This document shows, in pieces, positions 11,574 through 25,548 of a stretch of DNA of 64,000 bases (the first letter of the stretch is position 1; each line of letters opens with the position of its first letter). The notes beneath the pieces were generated by a model. The model had not been told where the DNA came from. It did no database searches and saw nothing but the letters and a program-made list of their open reading frames with translations. The translations under genes were made by a program, and so were the position numbers. The stretch is from Somniosus microcephalus (taxonomy: Eukaryota), in NCBI GenBank assembly GCA_052327205.1, contig CM126205.1, positions 294,996,001 through 295,060,000 of the forward strand, written 5' to 3'.

Positions 11574-12676
11574 AAAAATCTTTTAAATGTTAGCAAAGCA
11601 TTAAAGGGATGGTTAGCTCTCAGCAAACAAAAATTGCAGCCAGCTTTAGGTACTAGTGAGTGGAGTTCTGAGCACGTGTGCTTCCCTGACAAGACAGACA
11701 GGATGCCGAGAGTATAACTCAGGTCTGCTGTCTCTCTATCACTCTAAAAAGGTACATACTGTATAATAACGTACTAAATGAATGATTAAGTTACAAAACA
11801 GATTTTAGTACAGAAAAAAAATGTTGTGCAATTTGTGTGTGTATCTGAAATGCAAACAAAAAAGGTGGTTGATGTTGTTATCAATACACCAAGATTAGTT
11901 TTAACTTTAAAAATTCAATACTAATCACCACATGGGATGGGTTGAAAATATTAGCATGGTCAGTTCTTCTGTCTTGAATGGAATAATCTATTTACAAGAT
12001 AATTCTCAAGGATAGATTTACATTTTTGGTTAATTAAATCAATAGTTAATTTAAGATTGTGTATTGCACCTGCTGTAAATTTAAGTTATTTTCTCACTTG
12101 TGCAGCGGAAGCTGAGGAAAGGCTGACTTGAAGTGCTTGAATGTTTTTTTTCTGGTTGGGCTGTAATTCACATTACAAGGTAAATGGTTGGGGACGGAGC
12201 TCACAGTAGGAATCTCCAGGGGATGACTCTTTGAAAGAACATTTGACCAAACAAACATTATGCTTACTGCACACTTGTGAGGTATTCTGATCCACTTGTC
12301 AATTAGCCTGGCCTGTCAGAGGCTGCCTCCTGCTAATCCATCACTTGTCCACACGCTGTGTGCAATTCAGTTCATTTGGCTGCGGATTAAAATGATAGAA
12401 TGGACAGAGGATGTAAACTTGCTGGTTTCAAACAAATTAAATCAGCAAGGCGTAAATCGATACTTTAATATATTACACAATTGTCTTTCAAATTCTTAAG
12501 AACCATTCCAGGCTACAACTTTACTATCAATGGTAATGAATGAGGGGAAAATTCCACCTGGAATTTGAAAGGCCATAGCAATTTTAAAGAGTTACATTAG
12601 CAAGGTTAATTTGCAACATGTGCACACATTGAAAATATAAATGAATTTCAGTTAAAATATCATAGCAGTACAACTT

Positions 12677-13020
12677 AACAACAATTTGTATTTATATAGC
12701 GCCTTTAACGTAATAAAACGTCTCAAGGCACTGCACAGGAGTATTTTAAGACAAAAATTTTGACACCGATCTACATAAGGATAAATTAGGGCAGGTGACC
12801 AAAAGTTTGGTCAAACAGGTAGGTTTTAAGGAGCGTCTTAAAGGAGGAAAGAGGGGTAGCGAGGCGGAGAGGTTTAGGCAGGGAATTCCAGAGCTTAGGG
12901 CCTAGGCAACAGAAGGCACGGCCACCAAAGGTTGAGCGATTATAATCAGGGATCCTCAAGAGGGCAGAATTAGAGGAGCGCAGATATCTCGGGGTGTTGT
13001 GGGGCTGAAGGAGATTACAG
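12677..13020 (-). mobile_element. L2-clade LINE 3' fragment
   Basis: Minus strand reads LWNSLP...LSSFKTLLKTYLFDQTF and has the AGGCGCTATATAAATACAAATTGTTGTT tail typical of L2. Confidence 0.75.
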
Positions 13021-14240
13021 AGATAGATTACAGAGATAGACTACAGATTACAGAGATTAATCCTCATAATGTTCAGAAGCAAAGGTTCTTGCTTTATATT
13101 GCAATTATTAGCTTCAAAATGTTGTACGAATTGCAATTTTATAATGCTGTTATACTGTAACTAATGATCTGTGACAGGTATCTGTCCAATGCAATGTATA
13201 AACAGCTGGCCTTTGTTATAGTGCACATTGACCGGAATCTCCCCAGCACCCAGGTGCAGTGACAACTGAACAGTTGCGAAAGCTCCGGTGCCACAACAGC
13301 TCATTTTTAATCAACAAAACAGCTGCAAGAGTGTCCATTCTCTCATAGCATTAAAAGCATTCCAGTCAAAGTTATAAAAACCTCCAGGAGGTCCAACAGA
13401 CCACTGGACACTTTTGAAATTCGGCATCATATTGGGCTAAAAGATATGTTGGAGCTGGCATGAACTCGAAGTGGTGCACGATATCTGCTTGGCTTTAGAA
13501 TGCTCAGACGTCAGGTTGCGACCTGACACCAAAGGTATACTGCCAATTTCATGTCATTGCACAGACAAAATTGCTTTACACTAAAGTGTTATTATATCAC
13601 CACTTTAAATTTCTTCACTTATTTGCATTGAGTAAAGTCCAGCACAAAATACATTGTACAAAACTGGATTATCACCTTTTTAAAACATTTTTGAAATACA
13701 TCGTATTTTGGGGTGATTTTTTTTATGCTCACTGTTGGGAAATGGTACTGCTTATTCCTAAAGAAACACTGGATAAATACAGCCAAATAAATTTAAAAAA
13801 AAGAGTGGCTGCCGTTTCATGTTTATGAAGCATAATCTGTTTTAAACTTAGTTTACTTCTATTCTGTATTCATTTATTTAAGTATTTCATCTAAAATTAT
13901 GCATCAAACATGTAACGAGGTCAGCAATGTTTCCTTAAATTGTGTTCTGAACTTATGACACTGCAGTTAAAATGAAAAAGGCCTTTGGACTTCTGTAATC
14001 TACACAAACTCTTATGTATTGAATGACACATCTCATGACTGACCTATTATAACACTGGACTGGACTACAAAGGGGATTTAATGCATTGCAGCAGCCACCT
14101 TCAGAGCCTAGTGGGACATTCTGACCACCCAAGATTTATGTCAGCTAGTATTTATTATTAGGGCTGTTGCCTGTTGTTGGTGGGTTGTTTATGCCGAGGT
14201 GCCATAAAATCTGTCTGGAGTACTGACCCAATGACACCAG

Positions 14241-15060
14241 GGGGGCGATTTTGCCAGCCCTGGGGAAGCAGGTTTGGAGGCGGGACTGCCGAGAAAATGG
14301 CAGAATTTGGGGGCGGGTGTCCAATCCACCCCCAGCCCACCTCCATGCCACCTTGCCAGGAGGCAGGTAGTCGTCCCGCGCTGGGTCTCGTCTCCTTGGA
14401 GGCGGGAAGGGATTACATCCACTTAATTGCCGGTTAACAGGTAGTTAATAGGCAGAAAATAGGATTATCACCATTTTGGCCACAAGTGTGGGCTTCCTGA
14501 AGGCTCCGAAGCCTGCCAGGTGAGTAGTGGGTCTGCGGGGTTCGGAGGGGTCCAAAAGTGTGCTGTGGAAGTGAGAGATGGGTGCAAGTGTGGAGAGGTG
14601 AGTATCTGAAGTAAGTGCAAAGTGTTAGAAAAAGTGTATTTACCTTTGTTTCTTCCTGCAGGCTTCAATCGGTGGGTATGCAGGGTTTCGCACCTCCGCA
14701 GCAAAGTTGACTGATGGCCAATGCAACAACCATCTAATTTCTACAAAAGAAAGAGATTTGATGAGGTCTTGAATTCAAGAACTCATCAAACTACAGAGAA
14801 CGTCGGTGTTTGACAGCTTCACAGAGCTGTCAAATGATGACAGTTCACCTGTCAAAAATTTTTGACAGATGAAACGTCATATGTTGACGTTCTCTGTAAT
14901 CGGCTTTCCCTTAATTGGCCTGCTAAGCCCGCTGGGCGGGCTTAACAAGGTCAATCAAGGGAAAATAGCATGGGTTGGCCAGAAGTTGACGGAGGCGGGA
15001 CTGAAACCCGACAAGTGGGAGCCCCGCCTCCAAAATCTCCCCATTGGCAAAATCCAGCCA
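14241..15060. mobile_element. Non-autonomous Harbinger-like MITE
   Basis: Imperfect TIRs GGGGGCGATTTTGCCA...TTTGGAGGCGGG and CCCGCCTCCAAAA...TGGCAAAATCCAGCC. Internal TGACAG/CTGTCA hairpins. Confidence 0.6.
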
Positions 15061-15599
15061 CATGGAGTCTATACACCCAAATAAATGGCCAAATGACCCA
15101 AGACATCTACAGTAGTGGGTTAAACCCATGTCAGATTGGCCTTGTTCTGCTGCTGTTCCCCCAATGTTAACAGCACTAGAAGTGGAATAATCTTGGGATA
15201 TTCGTACCACTGGACCCATCTTTCCCTATGGCCTACAGGTAGCTCTTAATCTCTGCATTATCTCGTCTCTTTTAAAGGGCAGTACAATTCAATATTGTAG
15301 CAGAATGCTGGTTATGGACACCGATGAGAGAAGACACACTTATTTTGTGAAGCAACAAAATGCACATTTTTCTGCTTTTACTCCTGCAACACATTTTGAA
15401 GCATGCAAATTAATGACAACAAAAATCATATCGCATGTTGACAGGCAAGAAGCTTCCCTGCAGGGTACACAAAGTCCAGTGAAGCAAAGAATTTATTTTG
15501 ATTGCCCAGCCACCAACATGGAGAGTGAATTCAAGGAAAATCAAAGTTCAGAGAAAGTTGGTAACATGAATTAGATAGCTTATCTTCCAGCAGTCACTT

Positions 15600-15815
15600 T
15601 GAAACAAGAACAGAAAATACCAGCAATACACAGATCAGTCAGCTTCCATAGAGAGAAAAGACAAGTTAACGTTTCTGATACAACCTGTCATCAGAAAGAT
15701 GAAGGGGTACATCCAAAAATTTTAACCTGTATTTTCTCTTTACAGATGCTGACTGATCAGTAGATTGCCATCATTTTCTGATCTTGTTAGAGATTTACAG
15801 CATCTGCAGTTTTAT
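15600..15815. mobile_element. Degenerate Penelope-like pseudo-LTR inverted repeat
   Basis: Imperfect fold-back centred near 15695, with the TTAAC...TTCTCT...ACAGATGCTG...CAGCATCTGCAG pattern I recall from shark Penelope-derived repeats. Confidence 0.5.
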
Positions 15816-16335
15816 TTTTCTTTTGAAGTTTTTTCTTGTCTCAATGTTTTTTCAGTCCTGCTAGTGAATGCTTGGCTGACAATTGATGAAAGTAACCCAT
15901 GTAGTAGGCAAGTTGCTGTGTTAAGATTTGAGAAATAATGCCCCACATTAGGTAGTGAATGCATCATATTTGGCATTGAGCTCATTTCTGCTTTCTTCGG
16001 ATAACTCCAGGCTTGGGTCATTTAACCTTTTTACCAGCATAAACCTAATATTTTGGACTGAATGAAATGGCACTAACTTGTGTTTCTGTTTGCTGTACAG
16101 TACTAGTTTTTTTGCTTCTGCTTAATCAATAACATTTTCCAATGGGAAGGTTTTTTAAATAAAACAGATACAATTAAATAAGAGTTTTAACATTTAGAAA
16201 GAAAACAATAATTAACAAGAAAAAGTCAGAACATAGGGCTGTTCTGAGAGTAATGTGCATGACCAGAGTGAAAGGGTTAGATGGATAATAGTTTATAATG
16301 ATGAAAGGTAGTTCAAATTATGTTAGTGTCATTCT

Positions 16336-16403
16336 TGGCTCATTGGTAGCACTCTCATTTCTAAGTCAGACGATAATGGGTTCAAACCCCACTCTAGAGA
16401 CTC
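16336..16403 (+). mobile_element. tRNA-derived SINE head fragment
   Basis: A-box-like TGGCTCATTGG and B-box-like GGTTCAAACC. No complete cloverleaf. Confidence 0.55.
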
Positions 16404-16839
16404 TTCTTACACATTTCTGTTTGTAGTTAGTGGCCTACAGTGTGTCAAGGTGAGCTGACTTCACAAGTCAGGAGGCTAAGATGCCACAGCTGATGCAGGA
16501 GATGAATGGTCATTTGTTGCATAAGATGCATAAAAAGCCATAAAACCAGAACAGAAATATTATTTTCAGAAAATATGAAGGATAAAGTACTTAGTATGCA
16601 TTATACAGACTGGAGTCTGTTATTAAAAATGTTAGACATTTGAGAGATTTAGAGGACACCACCAATATCAGCAAGAGCAAAATATATATCACAAAACATT
16701 TTTTTTGTCAAATGTTTTAGTTTTATGAAGCTCTCCACTGGAGTTTTATGGTCAAAATTCACATCTTCTAGTACTAATCACTACAATTCTTACAGCTAAT
16801 TGTGTTGTGCCATTAGCCTCCATCGCATGACAGGAATAT

Positions 16840-17034
16840 GTGGGGCCTGAAAACCTTTGAGTCTCGCTCTGCCTTTATAACCTTGGTGGAGCAGTACGTC
16901 CGCCTGCTGGCCTCAGGCAGCCCTCACCTTGTCCTAATCCAAATTGTACACTCTCGGGAGCCGCAAGCCTACATTTCGTTGTACTGCACTTGTGCACTAA
17001 CAATGACAATAAAAGTTGATTTGATTTGATTTGA
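16840..17034 (+). mobile_element. LINE 3' end fragment (Rex1/Babar-like)
   Basis: ...CATTTCGTTGTAC...AATGACAATAAA followed by a (TGATT)n tail. Confidence 0.45.
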
Positions 17035-17742
17035 AATTGCTGGAGTCAAGGGAATTTACATAAAATGGGTGGGTGCCAATGCCAGTGATGGCACAGTTGG
17101 GTGCCTACTAAGTAAAGGAGGGGAAAGGCATGGAGGAATTTTGGTGCGGAAGATGAGTGCTGGGGTGGAGTTTCAGTAGAGCCAGACAAAGCTGCGTCTT
17201 TTAATAAAAGTGTCCCTTTTCAAATAAAGCGGGTATCTGGAGGACAGATGATAGCATCATGCCCAGCTAGCATAGCAAACCAGCCTTTCAAAATACAGCG
17301 GGTCCCAATTTGGCCAGGATGCGGTCATGGCAAGTAATCTACACCAGCTCAAGCAAGTGTGCGATGCTTTGGGTGCAACAGAGACAGAACTGGCAGGAAT
17401 TCTGGTATATATATGAAAGGGGGGAAGAAGATGTATGGGAGTTGGTGTGGAGTGCCAGTGCATGATCGGGATTTGGCTCGATACAAAAATGGTCAGGAAA
17501 GGCAGTGCATAGCATTACCTCACATAATCACGTAACTGGGCTGGCTACAAGGTACAATCAAAAACATAGAAATGCAAGTGTTGCAAGACAAAGGGGATGC
17601 TCAAGATGTGTGACCGCCCTAGAAACCAGACGGCCTAACAATATCCCAAGGACATTAGTAGATCAGGAAGCAGACACAAAGTCAACAATTCTTGGGATTA
17701 GAACAAAGGGCCAGTAAACAAATGCTAATAAGAATGAAATGA

Positions 17743-17963
17743 TGTTATAATGCAGAACATTCTAGAAGCTAGGCGGGAACAATGTATATCACATCAAACT
17801 ATATGTCTAAATATCTACTAACTGCTGTAACAATTCGGAGAAGCTTGACGAAGGCGGAAGCAGGCTGTCTCCCCACCAGTGGCCGCCCCACCGGTGCGAA
17901 TAAAGGCTGTTTGGACTCTCGAACTCGGACTTGTGTTGAGTGATTTGAAATTACTCCACAACA
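17743..17963 (+). mobile_element. Probable solo LTR
   Basis: TGTT...AACA termini, AATAAA at about 17899, 221 bp. No clean TSD. Confidence 0.45.
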
Positions 17964-19473
17964 ATATATATATACACATATATAAAAAATATTAACAAAG
18001 TAATCATCAAGCATGTTTCATCATTATAATCTCACTGATGAATAAATATTCTCAATCCTTGGTAGGAAAAGAGAAAATGAGCTAATATAGATTTGTACTT
18101 TTGGCACCTGTTCGTTATCTTTTCATGTTAAAATAACTGAAATGATCCTCTGGAATTTTTGCAGTGACTTTACAACATGACTGTTGTCTGTTCATCACAA
18201 ACTTGGGCCAGAAACATAGGCAGGATGCAATTTGCAATTAACTTTAATAAAAAAAAAATGTTTTTCATGGCATGAATTCAGTGAGTACTGCTTGCCTCCA
18301 ATTCTTGCATCAATGCCTCAGGCCATTTCCACACATTATACCCACTTCACACTTGTACTGCAAATTTGCCTTTGTTGTGAATTTGCAGCACTGTCAAGAC
18401 ATCTGTCGAAGTATAATTCACGAGGAGTTATTTCTTGTGGTGAAATATTAGAACAAATAATCCCTTCACTTGGACTGTAAAGCAGAAAATTTGCATCAAA
18501 ATACAATAAACAACAGATGTGAAATGCTGCTGATTTAAAAAAAATCAATTATGTTTTATTATTTTCAAGTTTAGCAAAACAAATCCTTCCCAGCTGCAAC
18601 AGATCCATTTTATATCTACAATACCAGCTGCTAGAATTTGTGGTTTACAGATACACTTACATTGCAGATTACAAAAAAAATCAAAACCATTGGCAATTTT
18701 ATCCATTCTTCTGATACATTTTGATGCACAACCGACTTCTGTTAAAGTAATCGTTAGTTTTAATGATCAATTCCTTAAAATTATCAAAATCTGTTTTTTG
18801 AAATCACAACCCATCTGATATGTCAGTGCAATCATTTATAACGTTCAGTTATGATACATGTGTAATAGCAATTCACCAATGTTGAAAAACCTCAGTTGTA
18901 ACACTGTTAATCTGCACAATCGCATATGAATGGATAATGAGATTTTTAATTTGCTGCTAATTGGTTTATTATAAATGGGCCGAAGAGTGACTCAATGGGG
19001 TCACCGTGATCCCGTTGCACAGCACTGGAGCCACTGCTCCAAAGACACTCAGTGCGCCACCTTGCAAGTGATCTGACTTTGCCCATAATGGAAGATGAGA
19101 TCATTATAATATTTACATTTTGTTCTTAAAATATTGAAGCAGTACCACATTGACCTTTGAGGTCAAAATCCACAGAAGGAGGAAGTGAACGATGCAAAGC
19201 GCTGGTGTGTGCTGAGCAGTACTTTGTGGATCATGGGATCAGCAGTATATAATCGAGGATTGCTTCATTCTGAATTACTAATCATGGGCAAACCGTTGAT
19301 TATAACAGGATGCCCCCATACCTTTATTGTAGTGTTCGAGTATAAATAATACACGGACTGCAGGAGAACAATAATAACAGGTATTTACTGAACAGAGGGT
19401 ACTCTTTTATTTGGACCCCCAAAAAAAACAATTCGACTGTAAATAAACAAAAGTTCAACTAAAGCTTAACAAA

Positions 19474-22400
19474 TCAAATTAAAATTTGGTTTTCCGTGTT
19501 GATGATGCACTCCAGTCCCCGCGGTGCCCACCGGTCGCGGAAATACTCAAGCGCACCGGCGGGCACCGCATGCTCCATCTCCAGGGCCACCCGGGCGCGA
19601 ACATGGCCGCGGAAGAGAGGCAGGCAATCCGGCTGGACGACCCCCTCGACCGCCCGCTGCCTGGACCAATTGATGGCTCTTTTAGCCAGGCCCAGGAGCA
19701 GGCCCACAAGGAGGTCCTCCAACCTGTCCGCTCCCCTCCGCACCGGGTGACCGTAGATCAAGCGCGTGGGACTGAAGTGCAACCAAAAATCGAGGAGCAG
19801 CCCCTTCAAGTAGTGAAAGAGGGGCTGCAACCTCTCACATTCCATATAAACGTGAAACATGGACTCCTCCAGGCCGCAAAAAATGCAGGCGGCCTGGGAG
19901 TCCGTGAACCTACTTAAAACCTTATTGCACGGGACCGCTCCATGCAACACCCTCCAGGCCAAGTCCCCGATGGAACAAGGGAGGACTCCCGCGTAGCGAG
20001 CCCTCCATTGGGGACCTCCGCCACCGCCAGTTGGCAAGACACCACGCCAAGGCGTGTCCGGACGGGAGACGAAGATGGCAAAGTGGAGTGTGTGTGTGCA
20101 GGAGCAGCCCGTACAGGAAACCCCTCCGCGCGGAATGAAAAGGCACGGAGGGTATTTCCTCGAGACGGCTCAAGTTGTGAGGCGCCGGTTCCCGAGGGGT
20201 GTTTCGGGGCCGGGCGCCGATGAGGAATTCCGTCCGAACAGGGGTAAGCTCGGACGGGATCACCCCACGTGCTTGAGCTGCCTCGATACACCTAGTGGAG
20301 TCGGGGCCCAGTGCCGCTTTCACCGATTCGATGGCTTCGACCGCGAGCCGGACGTTGGCCCAGGACAGGCGCCGCGCCAGCTCCTCCGGCGCCATCCAGC
20401 CCGCTCCTCCGCCATCGAGCAGGTCCCCGACTCTGGTCACCTTGCCAAGCACAGCCCTGCCCTCCGCCAGCCGCCCGAACCCGCGTTCGTGGAGGTGCGG
20501 ATTCCTGAGCAGCGGCTCCCGAAGGAGAGCCGCCGCTCCTGACGGGGGAGAGCTCCGCCTGGAAGCGACGTAGTTCCAAACCCATAGCAGTTCCTGGTAG
20601 AAGACAGGCAGCTCCCACAGGCCGGCACGCCTGCCGCCCACTTTCGCGAACAGGAGCTGCGTGTCGCACTTGAGGCCGTGCAGCTGGCGGAAGAAAAACG
20701 TCGCCAGCGCACACCATCTCGGAGGATTCTCGACGTACAGGTATCTCTGCAGCGTCTGAAGACGGAAAGTCGCAGCCTGGGTGCGAAGGCACACCAATGC
20801 CTGACCGCCCTCTCTAAGCGGGAGACACAGAACCGCGGCAGAGACCCAGTGCTTCCTTTTGTCCCAGAAGAAGTCGATGAGCTTCTTCTGCATCTTGGCG
20901 ACAAACGCAGGGGGAGGGATCAAAGTGACCAACCGGTACCACAACATGGCGGCATCCAGCTGGTTTATGACCAGCGCTCGACCCCTGTAGGACAACACTC
21001 GGAGCAGTCCTGTCCAGCGTCCTAGGCGAGCGGTGACTTTGGCCTCCAGCTCTTGCCAGTTCGCCGGCCAGGCGTCCTCGGCAGGGCTAAGGTAGACTCC
21101 CAAATAGAGGAGGTGCGTGGTGCTCCAGGCGAAAGGCCTGGACTCCTCCGGCAGGGAGTCCACCCGCCACTGACCCACCAGGAGTCCGGAACATTTCTCC
21201 CAGTTGATCTTGGCGGAGGATGCGTCCGAGTAAATCTGCTGGCATTCCCGCATCCTCCGCAAGTCAGCGGGATCCGTGACCGTGAGGAGCACGTCATCGG
21301 CGTAAGCCGAGAGGACTACCTCCACGCCCGGCCCTTGCAGAGCCAGTCCCGTCAACCTCTTCCGCAAGAGGCGCAGGAATGGCTCCACGCAAACGGCGTA
21401 TAACTGACCGGACATGGGGCATCCCTGACGCACCCCCCTCCCGAAGCGAAGGGGCGCCGTCAAGGACCCGTTAACTTTAATCAGACACTCTGCGGCGGCG
21501 TACAAAAGTCGGATCCGGGCGATGAAATGCGTCCCGAACCCGAATGCGCGCAGAGTCCCGAAGAGATACTCGTGATCCACCCTTTCGAATGCCTTCTCCT
21601 GATCCAGGGAGAGGAAGGTGACCGACAGACCAGCCCTCTGGGAGTGGTGGACCAGGTCCCAGACCAGATGGATGTTATCATGGATGGTCCGGCCCGGGAC
21701 CGTGTAGGACTGGTCAGGTTGGATCATGTGGGCCAGCACGGTGCCAAGGCGAGCAGACATGGCCCTGGCAAAGATTTTATAGTCCGTGCTGAGGAGGGAG
21801 TCCGGGCGCCAGTTCTTAAGGAGGCGGAGATCGCCCTTCTTAGGCAGCAGGACAATGACCGCCCTGCGCCAAGTGAGGGGCATCTCCCCGGTCGCCAAAC
21901 TTTCCCCCAGGACCCGCGCGCAGTCGCCCCCCAAGACGTCCCAGAACATCCTGTGGAACTCCACGGTAAGCCCGTCCAACCCCGGGGACTTTCCCCTAGA
22001 GAGCTGGTGGAGGGCGCCGGTCAGCTCCGCCAGGCTTAGCGGAGCGTCCAGTTTTTCGGCGCCCTCCGGGCTGACCTTCAGCAGGTCCTCCCACAAAACT
22101 CTGCGTGCATCCTCGCTGGACGGATCCGGAGAGAAAAGAGCCCCGTAGTAGGCGCGGGTCTCCGCGCTGATTCCCTCCGGATCCGAGACCAGAGATCTGT
22201 CGTCGACCAGCAGCCCCAAGAGCTGCTTACGGACCCCCCGTCTTTTTTCCAGCGAGTAGAAGAAGGGGGAGCCGCGGTCCAGGTCCCGCAGGAGCTGGAT
22301 CCACGACCTCACGTACGCGCCTCGGGACCCGACGAGCTGCAGGTCCTTCAGCGCGCCCTTCTTCTCTTCGTACACCTTCCGCAGGGCCGGGTCCTCGACG

Positions 22401-23377
22401 ACCTGACCGAGGCAGGACTCCAGGTCGAGCATCTCCTTCTCCAACCGCCCGACCCGGGCCTCCCGCCTCTTGGTCGACCCCTTCGCGTACTCCTGACAGA
22501 AGAGACGGATGTGAGCCTTGCCCACATCCCACCATAGCCTCAAGGAGGGGAAGCCCCCCTGCTTCCTTCTCCAGTCGGCCCAGAATCGATGCAACGAATC
22601 CCGGAACCGTGCGTCCTCCAGCAGCAGGTTGTTAAAATGCCAGTACGCATACCCCCCCCGCGCACGCAGCGGAGCGAGCTCCGCCCATACCAGGTGGTGG
22701 TCCGTGCACGGCACCGGCCGCATGGAAGCTGCCGGAACGCAGGAGACGTACGCCCGGGAAATGTAAAGGCGGTCGATTCTGGACCTTCCTCCCCCAGACC
22801 TCACGCTAGTGAAGGCGCTGGAGTCGGGGTGGAGATTTCGCCAGACGTCCACCAAGTCGAAGGACCCAACCAGGTCCCTCAACTTCTCCATCGCCGCCGG
22901 GCTTCGCGGGGGACCCGAACGGTCCCTCGCCTCGAGGGTGCAGTTAAAATCCCCCCCGAGGATGACGCACTCGCCCACGTCGATGGAGCCCAAGAGAGCG
23001 GACACTTCTTCGAAGAAGCGCACTTGCTGCGCACTGGTCTGAGGGGCGTACACGTTCACTAGATGGAGCGGCACGCCCCCCAGGCGAACAGTGACCTGGA
23101 GCAAGCGGCCCGGCACGTGCTCCTTGACCCCCAAGATCTCCGGCTGAAAATGCGGGGCCAGCAAGATAGCCACCCCGCTGGAATTGTTGGAGAGGTGACT
23201 CATGCTGACCCCTCCTTGCCACTCCAGGAGCCACGTGGCTTCGTCTCCCGGAACGGTGTGGGTTTCTTGCAGGAAGCACACCGCATACTTCCCGTCCCGA
23301 AGGACCGAGAAGTTATTGAATCTGCGGCGCGCCTCCCTGCTGCCGTTGATGTTGAGGCTGGCTATGGTTATCTTCAT
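19474..23377 (-). pseudogene. Tx1 ORF2, copy 1 (APE-RT-Zn), frameshifted near 20090
   Basis: A (GT) expansion at about 20088-20098 splits the ORF. It has KAFE instead of KAFD and WRPDS instead of WRPVS. Confidence 0.92.
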
Positions 23378-23408
23378 GTCAGAAGCATAGTGCAACCTCT
23401 ACCTACAC

Positions 23409-25548
23409 CTAACGGGGGGAGGAAGCGCAGCCGCTGGTCCGCCGCCACTTCCTCAGCAGCCCAGTGAGAAACGTTGTGAGCCGACGCAGCTCGAGCGGGA
23501 TCACACCCTCGTCCGCGCCCAAGATCTTAACGGCGGCGCGGACGGAATCGATGAGCAGCGCCAGCTCCGACCACCTGTCGAGGGCCAGCCGGACCTTATT
23601 GCGCTGACCCAGGCACGTGGCCATAAAATCCCGGAGTTCCCTTACGGAAATGAGGGGAGACTCGGCAAGGGGCACGAGGTCATCCATCGCCACGTCGGCG
23701 CTGGAGTCCGAATCGTCCTCCGTGCCCATCACCGAGTCCCCATCCTCCTCCAGGGGGTCGTCACCAGCGGCCGACCCGTCCGCCGCACAGTGCGAAGCGA
23801 ACGACTCGGCCGCGCCAGCCAGCCCCGCCTCCGCCCGGATCCCACCCCCAGGATCGGCGGCAGAGGATTTCTCCCTGGGCTCCTCTAGGGGTGCCAGGCC
23901 AGAAGACGGCGGCGGTTCAGAGCTCCCCTCCGCCTCAGACGCCGGAACGACCGGAGAGAGAACAATTTCCAGCTCCTCCAGTACGTCCGGCACCAGAGAC
24001 GCAGCCAGGGGGCCATCCTCCTCCCCGCCACCAACCTCCGACCCAGCGGACGGGGGGTTTTGAATTAAAAGCTCGACCAGGACGAGCATCCCCTGGGAGA
24101 CGTCCGGGTCGCATTGGGCGAGCTCATTATCCTCGAGCTCGCCCGACCCAGCCCCCAGGCTGCCCGACCCGGCGAGGGGTAACGACACCGATAAAAGGTC
24201 AACTTCAATTACTGCCGCGGGTTGTTCCGCAACCCCCCCCACGGGCAGGGTCTCATCCCCATCCCCGGGAGGCACGTGCTGGACAGACACATCTGCCTCA
24301 GCCTCCCGAGGGACAGGCGACCCCTGCCGATCGCTGGTGATGACGACAGCGCTGGCGGGGGGGGGGGGGCGCAGTACCCGCGGCGGGCGACGACTCCCCC
24401 TGCTCGGAGGGACCTTCCTCCTCCCGGTCCTCCTCCTCATCCAGGGGGTCGCGCCTTCTTTTTAGCACGGAGGGAGCGAGGGAGACCTCCATGTCTGCAA
24501 AGGCGTCCTCCTCGACTCCCTCCGGCTGAGCAGGTTTGTCGGGCCCGAGCCCGGCCGCAGGTATTGGCATTACCGCTGCGGCGGTTGCGGCCACAGGCTC
24601 GGGCACGGGGCCCCTCCCGCTCACATCTGCCCTGATCAACTCCGCGAGGAGCGCGGGTGTAAGGGGCTCAAGGGGCAAGGGCTCACCATCCACGGGGGGA
24701 CCTGCCCTAAGGTGCTTCTTTTTTCCCCGCGCCTTCTTTCCGGCCGGACACGCTCCCTCCCCCCCGCCGGAGGCCTTGGTGGCATCGGCCCCCGACGTCA
24801 ACCGCGCATCAGACGTACTTGACGCGCGGGCAGATCCGGGGGGAAGGGCGGCGGCGGCGGCGCCAGCCTCGGCCGCACGAGATGATCCGGCGGCCTTGGA
24901 GGCAGGGCAGTTCCTCCTGATGTGCCCCACCTCCCTGCAGGCATGGCACCTCACACCGTCCGACGTCCAAAAGGCGCGGTAGGCGGTCCCCTCGTGGAGG
25001 ACGACGAACGCCCCTTCAGTGTCCTCCTCCCGCGCCAGCTGGATAAACAGCTGGCGCCGGAAGGAGAAGACGTGGCGAAGGCTGGCCTCCCGGAAGCCGA
25101 GCGGGATGGGCGTGATCCCCGACCTCACCTCCCCAAGTTGTCGCAAATGGGGAAGGAGGAGCTCACCAGGAACATAGGGCGGGACGTTGGAAATAATGAT
25201 CCTCTGCGCGGTGGCCTCGAGAGGATCCACCGGCAGGAAGGTCCCGCCCACGGTGAGCCCCTTGGCGACAGCCAGGGACACCGCCCGCTCCGACCCCAGG
25301 AAGAACACAGCCTTCCCATACATTTTCGAGGCCGCGACGATGGCTGAGGGGCCGACAACCCCAGCCATGGCCTTGACGCAGGCCTCGATGGTCATAGTGG
25401 GGTGAGTGTAGCTCTTCACCCCAAGCTTTTTTGTTATTAATCGAAAAGGTGACGGGGCAGCAGGAACAGCGGGAGCAGCTGTGGCTGTGGCTACCACTCT
25501 CGCATAGGTCCCAGCTGGCCCCGCCACCGGCGAAGACGCAGTCGCCAT
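23409..25548 (-). pseudogene. Tx1 ORF1, copy 1, frameshifted at a G-run near 24360
   Basis: Two ORF pieces (24298-25590 and 23409-24440) join to match the 718-aa ORF1 of copy 3. It has two 9-bp deletions. Confidence 0.88.

Noticed and set aside
16336-16403. tRNA gene
   Set aside because: A and B boxes only, no acceptor stem or terminator. It fits a SINE head.
11574-19320. Short ORFs as host exons
   Set aside because: No recognisable protein motifs or consistent splice structure. Small exons cannot be excluded without RNA data.
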